Below are positions 55,545 to 64,000 of a DNA stretch of 64,000 nt, in pieces (the first letter of the stretch is position 1; the number at the start of each line of letters is the position of its first letter). The DNA lies in assembly GCF_036321535.1 (NCBI RefSeq), contig NC_087437.1, positions 43,898,001 to 43,962,000 on the forward strand, read 5' to 3'. This DNA comes from Camelus dromedarius (Eukaryota). The translations under genes were made by a program, and so were the position numbers. The notes below the pieces were generated by a model. That model worked only from the letters and a program-made list of their open reading frames with translations. It made no database searches and was not told the DNA's origin.

Positions 55545-56810
55545 AGGAACAAGTTTTTATGGTAAATAAATAGCAAAATGCACACAAAGATACTTACATA
55601 TTGTTCACTGAAATGTACTTATACTTGTAAAACATGCTATGTTGGAAAATGTTACAGAACTACACATAGAGCTAATTGTAATTGTGGTTTATAGAAATAG
55701 AAAAACACACACCCCAGTGAACACACACACACTTTATTTGAAGTAGACTGGAAGGCTCTTCCCCACAGTATAATATATTTAATTTATGGAACAGAGGTTA
55801 AATTATTATCAATTATGCTTTTATGTATTTTTCAAAGTTTCTATAATTAAAATACATTTAAATATAAAATGACAGAATAAAAATATTTAATGTGGTTAGT
55901 TAAAAATATTTGCAGAGTACTACTAGATAACCCTAAACTTATATACAACTATAGAATTTATTTCTGTAGTCTGATCAAAATGGTGATCATGTATTACACT
56001 GGATATTTCTCTAATTACTATCCAGTTCCCTTTGATGGATATTTCACTGTGAGATTACTTTTTAAGAAAAGATTTGATAATGGAATTTTGGGTCAAAGGC
56101 TAAAGTCAGCTTTAAGTTTGAACATACCACACTGTCTTCCAGAAAATTCTATCAACTGTGTATGATTTTTCCATGCCTTCAGTAATTCTTAACATAGTAA
56201 AGTGTTTCATCTTCACCTGCCTGATATGGTAGCAAATCCCATTTTCATTCCATTCTTTGGATATGGTAATGATATTATACTGTATTTAATTAACTGACCA
56301 GAATTTTTATAACTTACCTATTTATGTCTTTACCTAATTTTCTTTTAGTATGTTGGGTTTTAATCTATTGGTTTACAAGAGATCTTTGTTTATAAGAAAC
56401 TTCCTCTCAAGTTTTTTTTCTCCCTTTTTATTTTCCACTTTTAATTTTTAAAGCCTTATTTATAGTAACCTTTTACTGCACATCATTACAATTTCTTAAA
56501 GTAGTTAAATGTGTCATGGTAATTAAATATTTTTGTAATTATCAAACAGGTTTAGAGGGGTCTCTATCACCAACGAGTATACAAAATACTTATTAACTTA
56601 TTCTAGTATTTAAAGTTTTAATGTCTTTAATTTTTTTTTATCTTTTCGGAATTTATTATGCTGAAATGAGTAGATAAAGAAATGAAAAGTTCTACTTTTT
56701 GCTTTTATTTTCCAGTTGGCATTTAGAATTCTTGATACTAATTGTTGAATAATGGTCTTATCCCTGATAAGCTGAGCTGAAGCATGTATTTTATCATATA
56801 TAATTTCTCT
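55545..56810. mobile_element. decayed L1ME-like fragments (sense about 55545-55870, antisense about 55990-56810)
   Basis: aaagatacttacatattgttcactg; tatccagttccctttgatggatattt; ggaattttgggtcaaagg. Confidence 0.5.
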
Positions 56811-59800
56811 GTGTAATTGATAATTAAGATAAATCCAGTTTGTTCAAATGTGAATAGTTAACAAAGGTGATTCATTTATTCACAGAACTATTAATGTCCA
56901 TCTTTTACTCTCGCTCTTTTTTTCATGCAATGTCACTTTATTAAGAGCCTGCTCAGCACTAGATACTCATGTTTCATGGTTGGTCTCTGACCTCAGGGTT
57001 CTCAGAATTGAGGTCATCTTTTTTTTACGTGCAATTTAACAAGTATGAACATATCAGATAGATATCTGTATTGTGATAGGATGTTGCAATAATGAAGTGA
57101 CACATAAATTATTTCAAGAAAGTTTGCAAAGAAAAGTTTTCTCTTTTCATCCCTGTGAGAAAAGAAAACTTCATTTGTTAAGTATTTGAAGATATTGTCA
57201 TCAATTATTAAAGTTGAAAATGATCTGAAAGATTGTCTATTTCTAGCTCTTCATTTTACATATAGGAAAACTGAGACCCAAAAAAGTTAAATGGCTTAAT
57301 CGAGATATTTTGAGTTACTTGCAGAGGTTGAATTAAAATCTGGATTCCCAAATGGTCCTTGCATTTTGGTTTGTCAAAGTATGAACAAAGGTTCATAGTG
57401 ACAGAGCTATTATTGATTCCTCTTCTAACATTTTGTAGCACTATTACATTATTTCCAAAAGTTATCCATGTTATATTGTGCATTATACAGAATTCTTGGT
57501 GCCCATCTCCCTCATTCTCATTCAATGATATTCTCTTTAAGCATATTGGTTCTCTTCACTGCCTAATTGGTTCTGTTTTGGCTTCTATGTACCATAATCC
57601 TAGAACTTTGTAAGGATATGTGTAGGGAGGCGATGATTCCTTTGTTCTTTTCTTTCTATATGCATTTGTAAAATTTCTAATAGTTGGTCTTAAAATATCT
57701 GCATGGTTGGGGACGAAGAAAAAAAGACAAGACAGATAGGATTACATACCTAATTATTCTTAAACTGTGTTAAATCCTTCTAAATAAAAAATTTTTTTTT
57801 GCAAAAAACCTTAAAAGGCAACCGTCTTTAGTTAATCAACTACTTTTGGGTGCACTACATACATTATTCTTATCACAGAAATAAATGAACATACAGCTGA
57901 GGCAGTAATATTACTTATGGGGCAGTTATGTTTATATTTAACAAGTGGGCCTTCTTTGCTGTGGAAGGAAAGATTAGAAACAGAGAATAGTTGTTTTGGG
58001 GTTCCTAAATGAGTCTGCAGCTGATTAATTAGTGGAGTATGACTTTCAGTTACCATCCCCTTAAGGTGACGGCTGAACAAGTGCTAAGACCAGTTTATGT
58101 TTGGAAGGCAGCACCACTGTTTTAGAATAGAGAAAAATAAATAGCTTAATCATTGGTTTAAGCATTTCCTTTGACTTTTGGGGCTTTTTCTATTTAATTC
58201 TCAGTAATTCTTTAGGGCGTTATCAGAAGTACTCTTTCAATTGGCAAACCATGTATGAAGAATGTGAAAGTGAATTCTATGATAATAATACTTTAGAACT
58301 TGTGATTTTATACTGTAGTATATTTATAATATACTTGTACTAAAGGGTAAGTATTAAAAACAATCATCTTGCAGAAGATCCTAAACTGGACACTGTGATA
58401 CTTTTTTGTATTCAGCAGGGTAGCTCCCTTCTGCAGGGACTGTCCCTCATCTCTACTGGGCTTGTGTTGAGGGGGTTCAGCGTTCCCTTCTTACCCACTT
58501 ACATCTGCACATATTACAGAGACAGTGTGAGTCCTATCCATGCAAAGCCAGTGTTCAAATAAGCATATCGTTCTTGTTAAGTGGGCAAGAAAATGAGCAA
58601 TTGTACCCTGCACCACGAAGTGACTGATTAGCTCAGGAATTCTAAAGTTGAAAGGATAATTATTAGTATCATGTTATGCATGAGGAATGTGATGAATGTC
58701 ACTCCAAATATTTCAATATAATATACCATTTCAGGCAACTTTTAAATATATTATGGCATAGTGATTGCTTTTTAATTAGCTTTTACTGTAGTGTAAATGA
58801 AGCATAATGTATTATATAGATAATGCTTACTCATTTAAAAACCAAACTACATATTTCTGAAACACAAATATTATTGTAATTTTTCATTTTGTTAGTTAAA
58901 ATAAAATATTATTTAAAATACCATTAACGTATGACTTTCATTATTAATCATGTAGTGTCTTGCCCTGATGTCACTGCTTAGGTATTTAGTAGGTATTTTG
59001 CCTTTTTGAGAAGATGTGAAAGATCGCTCTTTAATTGGAGTACATAAGAGCTCATTGGTTCTCTTTTCTGGAGAAAACCTGGGCCATACGTTTTTACCAT
59101 CACTCATTTAATCTTAAAATAAATTTTAGAAAAATTTAAGCGTTCTAAGTTTCCAACTCATTTAAAAGGTAATATCATTTCTGCATAAATTTGTCATATG
59201 TGTATGCTTAAAAATATATCCCCACTTTTCCTGATATCTTCCATTTTCAAAAGGATAGGAGTGGAAGTAAATCTACCAACATTTGGATCAGGAATCGCTG
59301 TTCCTTTTTCAGCCTGTATCCCTTTTTGATAGTCTTAGCCACTACAGTTAGCAAGATTTTGACTTATTCCAAAGTTAATGTTAAAGAAACATGTCAGTTG
59401 GAGGAGTTGGGGTTGGACATAAATTATTATGTTAATTACTACAGTAGCTCTGTTTACTAAAGAACTTGTTAAACAGAAAACTGGTGGTGAGTTACAACCA
59501 ACATTGGAAATTACAGCTTACCTTTGGGGTGTTCTTCTGTTACATATTTATAATCAGGTCCCTTGGATTTCAGGTAGGATCTGCCAGCTCATAAAGCTAA
59601 ATGAGTCTCTCTGGTAGAACTTTCTTGAGTCCAGCTACATGATTTTCAGATTCCCTGGATAAAGAATTGATTCATTTCACTTTCTTTCACTTTCAGAAGG
59701 TTTTGGTTTATTTTTGATTCTGCTTAACGTTCACCAGAATTGCTCACCGTGGCACGATGTTCTTTGGTGTGACTAATAGAGTCCAAAGAGTAACTGTTCT

Positions 59801-60538
59801 CACTTCCCATGCATTCCCCGCATTCTGTTAACATTCTCTATTGGTCAGATTCTTTCTGTTTCTTTTGGTTACATATTCTTTACTGCATTAGAAGCATTTG
59901 TAGACAAAAGAATAGACAGAATAGTTCAGGCAAACTGTCTTTCTAGAAAGTTACTCAGTTCTGTTGAGCTTTACAATTCCAGCCTTACAACCCCTACCAT
60001 AACTGTCACTCTGGTCCAGGGGACTGGTGAGAAGAAAATGGTCAGTACTAAAAGTGGGGGCAGCCAGACGATTATGGCTTCTTTCACCCATTCCTTACAG
60101 CCAAGATACTTTCTTTGAAGTCGTTACTTTCTGAATTTGAGTATCTTGTCTCTGTTCTGGCAGTAGCAAAATACATTCTCCTCATCAGGTTCCTCAAATG
60201 CTGCCTAATCTTTGCTTGTGGCCCTGATTGTTGTTTAAAAGCAGGAAAAAATAAAAAAGAATACAAGTGTATAAATGTGGTGTGTGTAATGAGAAATTGA
60301 ATTACTTGATTTTATTTTCAAAATGGGCTAGAGAAAGATGAAAAAATAAAATACACAGGACTTAATACACACATTCATTCTGCAATATATATTAAGTATT
60401 GTGTGAGGTACAGATATTTCATGTATCTGTAGTTTTTCACTATGTTTTTCTTTTCAAATAAAGTCCTTACGTATGCTTAACTTTTGTGTATAATTCATTT
60501 TCTTGTCTCAGCAAATGCTTCATGACATTCAGGTTACT

Positions 60539-60712
60539 GGTTATGAGGGAAAACAGGCTGTGACATCTGTCAACACATTGATTTCCAGGGTTGATACAGA
60601 TGGTCTGAGCTGATCCCTGTCCTCCCTCATAGCCCATTTATGTCCCTTCCAAAGCTACCTGCTCATCCAGAGTGAATGACCTTCTGAAAGAGGACTCAGT
60701 CATGAAGGGTAT
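60539..60712 (+). pseudogene. 7SK snRNA pseudogene, 3'-truncated
   Basis: ggttatgaggg..ggctgtgacatctgtcaacacattgatttccagggttgat..cctccctca..tgtcccttccaaagct..aagggtat is collinear with 7SK 5' part (GGATGTGAGGG..GGCTGCGACATCTGTCACCCCATTGATCGCCAGGGTTGAT..CAAGGGTAT). Confidence 0.9.
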
Positions 60713-60999
60713 TTAAAAGGTATCACTTCTAGGCACGTTCATAATTTATTCAAAGATGTACAAACCTGTAGAACAAATAGACAAACTTTGGTTTGGATAA
60801 TTCCGTTTTCTAGAAGCAGTCTAGTGAATAGAACTTGAGAATCCACAAACCTGCCTGAGTAGTGGCTTGCTTTATGACTCAATAGGTCACTTTGTCTTTT
60901 CAGCCTTAGTTTTTTCAATAAATGGGTAAAAAAATATCACAAAGGGTTGTTTGCAAAGACTAAACACCTTCATTAAATTAATAATCTTTGGTAGCAACC

Positions 61000-61345
61000 C
61001 TGGGCCAACCATTATCATACACACTGGGGCTACTGCACTGAAGAAAATACGTATAAATAATTCACAAACAAATAATTACAGTATCTGTGCTCTGATGGTG
61101 ATTACATTCACAGTTGGAGAGATAGGCAATAAACAAATACATTTGTAAAATATATACTCTACCTGATAGTGATAAATGCTACAGGAAAAAAAAATAACAT
61201 GAAGGAAATACAATAGAGATTACTGGGAAAGAAAGTTTGCAATTTTAATTAAGGTGATAAGGGAAAGCTTCTTTGAGATAATTTTAAGCAAGTACTTAAG
61301 GAGGTAAGGGAGAGCCACTGGGTATCAGGGGGAAGAACTATCCCA
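61000..61345 (-). mobile_element. L2 fragment
   Basis: ttacattcacagttggagagataggcaataaacaa; gtgataaatgctacaggaaaaa; ttaaggaggtaagggagagcc. Confidence 0.65.
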
Positions 61346-62282
61346 GTAAATGTGGTATTTTAGGTAAAATATCTTTGCACAGTTGTTGGCTCAAAGTACA
61401 GTAGTGTTTAATGAGTGTTTGCAAGTATTATTGCTATAAATAAATTCATCTTGGTTTTAAGAAAAGATTTTTGATGTGAAGTTTGTGGTTTTACTCGTTA
61501 AAAATAACGTGTGACAGTGTTGATAGTACTGTTTGGTTGCTTCTCTTTTTGTTATGTGAAAACATGATCCAAAAAATAAGTCATATTCTCAAAATCTTGT
61601 CAGAAAGACAACTTAATTGTTTCAAATACATTTATTTTTCCTCAGATTGAAAAAATCCTTAAATACTAGAATAAAAATTGTACCTTAAAAATTGATACAG
61701 AAACTGATAAAGTTGTTTTTTTGTGGGTTTTTTTTGTTGTTGTTGTTATTGTTGTTTTTTAACTACAAGAGTCTTTTGAAACATTTAAAGGTTGTTTTTA
61801 CCATATTATAGGGAGAAAGCTAAAAGTAGATGAGCCTGAAACATTGACTTTTATCCGTCTTGAATTTCATGGAGCATTCAGAATGATGCATCTTTCCCTT
61901 CAAATATTTATCCATCACTTCCAGACAAGTGGTGCATGAGGCATTAAATAACAGACAGCTAGAACAGGAGAAAACAGTTTTTTTTAATGCATTGTGCTTA
62001 AACTGTCACTCTGGCAGGAAGGAATAACTGAATGCTGCATTATTTAAGGCAAGGTAATAGACTACTTCCTTTTAGAGGCAAATTACTTTGGGATCAGCTG
62101 TCTTTCCCTCAGAAGCCAGGGTTTCCTCAGTGAAAGACTAGAGGTGGAAACTTGATGTGAGGTGATTGGTTACTAAATCCTGATGTTATGCACACCAGAA
62201 AAGTGTTTCCTTTGAGACTGTGGTCATCATTCATCATTAAATGAAGAGTCTTGCCAAGTGCACGCCTCACCATATGGTAGAC

Positions 62283-62515
62283 AGTAGGGTGCATTATAAA
62301 AGCACAGACTTGGAGCCAGAATGATCTGTGTTTGACTGAACTATCTACTAGTGTGATTCTGGATAAATTACCTAATGTCCTGGGATTCAATTTCCTTTCC
62401 TGGAAAATGCAAATAGTCATACCAACGTAACTGAGTTGCTGAGAGGATTAAGTTAAATAATGAATGTAATGATCTGGACCTTATATTTTGGTGCCAGCAA
62501 ATAAATACTTACTAT
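62283..62515 (+). mobile_element. MIR SINE
   Basis: aaaagcacagacttggagccaga...aatttcctttcctggaaaatg...gttgctgagaggattaa. Confidence 0.8.
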
Positions 62516-63529
62516 TTACACATGATTTAAAGATCTTAAGTTTCAAAATAAATAGGTGTTTAGCTGTTGAGTTTTAAGAATAAGTGTTCCAGTTTCTATA
62601 ACTATTATAGAAGGCACCCAGGAAATATTAATGTTCTTTCCTGGTCCCTCTCTTCCTTTGAATTTTTTAAATCATAGTTTATGGTCCCAGAAGATAATGT
62701 TCTATTTGAAGGCTGTATATTAAGCCTCCACCTGCACAAATCTTTTGTGTCAGAATTCTGTCCAGTTTTAAAATACCATCTGGTAAATATAAGAGAGCAG
62801 AGTTGTAAAGTTGTGTGCTGTTATGCACAGTAATAGTCTTGGTTGATGGAGTTCGGGCCTGAGTGCTAGTATTTTAAAAATACACTTCTACTCAGTTGAA
62901 CCATTATACTTTTGATATATGAGAAGTCCACTATTGAATATGTTCTACCCTCAAATATACTTATTTGTAATATTATTCATTCTTTTCTTGCTTTTGGCTG
63001 GTAGTCATGACATTTTTCTCATCGTAACTGCAAAACTCCTTTTTCACAAGGTGCTCGTTACTTTCGTCTATAAAATAATAACCAAAGGTAAGCCAATATA
63101 TAGAAAATGAAATTACTCGTGCTCTTCACTTTTTAATTTCTTTATTTTGAATGGTAAATTTTTATAGATGATTGAGTCTTACTTTTTCTATTTTTCATTC
63201 CTTTTTAAAATAATTTTACTGTTTTTTGATGTGATGTGAACATATATTTGAGAGTATTTATAACAGTGTTTCAGATTGTTACAGGATCACACAGTGTTAT
63301 TTTCTGGATTTATTTGGGATTTTAATCACTTTTCAAGTTTTTGATTACCAGGATTTTATAAAATTAATCTGTATTTTATTTCCTCTGTTAGTACTATTTT
63401 GATATTTTAAATAATGTTGACAAAAATATGACCTGGTTGCAAATTGTTGTATCATACATATTTCCCAAGAATCATTAATCTTTTGAACATACAAACATTT
63501 GAAAATTTCTGTATTAATTCTTTTGTGTA

Positions 63530-64000
63530 CAATGGTCTTTTAAGTCCAATGCATGTTTTATTTCATGGCAGTCCATTTTGAAGACCTGATGTAAAATCAT
63601 TGACATAATGTGAAGAATGGACTGCACTGATCCTATGTCATAAACCTAAACTGTTAATTTCAGAGTAATTAAATGTTACCTAGATTGCAGCTTCTACAAT
63701 GCAAAATGATATTTGCTTCCTTCTTCAGCTTTGAAAAGTGCCTTCTGAGTAGTTATTCAAACTTTTTTTAGCACTACCTACTTATTTAATTTTATAAGTT
63801 ATTAGCCATTAAGTAGGGTTATTTTAAATTAAATAGGTTATTTGAAATTAGGCAGTTTATTAAAAACACTGTTACATTTTGATGTTAATGTTGCTATTAT
63901 TTACCAAGGAACATTATACTTTGTAGTCTCTTTAGGAAGACTTTACCTGTTGATGACATTTTCATATGAGATCTGAATGAGTGAACAGCATAGACAGAAT
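63530..64000 (+). repeat. diverged direct repeat, copy 2 (runs off the window)
   Basis: Shares ctgcactgat, gtcataaacctaa, tgttaatttcaga, tattagccattaagtagg, gcagtttatt, actgttacat, attttcatat in order with copy 1. Confidence 0.9.

Noticed and set aside
1..64000. CRISPR array, prokaryotic operon, rRNA or tRNA genes
   Set aside because: None seen; the sequence is mammalian, repeat-rich non-coding DNA

Overview
AT-rich, CpG-depleted eutherian mammal DNA with no recognisable protein-coding gene. All listed ORFs look like chance frames or decayed L1/LTR remnants. By eye, a large part of the window is interspersed repeat (old L1M, L2, MIR, MLT1, two MER68-like LTRs, an ERV1-type LTR, MER5/MER63 DNA transposons) plus microsatellites. 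The mostly antisense L1 copies and T-rich + strand suggest a large intron of a + strand gene (inference; host not identified). The young L1 3' ends and absence of recognisable Alu, B1/B2, Bov-tA, PRE1 or SINEC copies suggest a cetartiodactyl, possibly a camelid (inference). Notable items: (1) a diverged direct repeat pair (about 54.8-55.3 kb and 63.5-64.0 kb), both copies keeping a minus-strand ATG-exon plus 14-nt microexon-like pattern; (2) a 3'-truncated 7SK pseudogene; (3) a twin-primed inverted L1 with a target-site duplication (TSD); (4) a direct-inverted-direct micro-rearrangement with a perfect 23-bp hairpin; (5) a candidate 72-nt cassette exon; (6) several CpG-retaining enhancer-like blocks. 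I cannot support a claim of a new biological system. Repeat family names come from remembered consensus sequences and boundaries are approximate.
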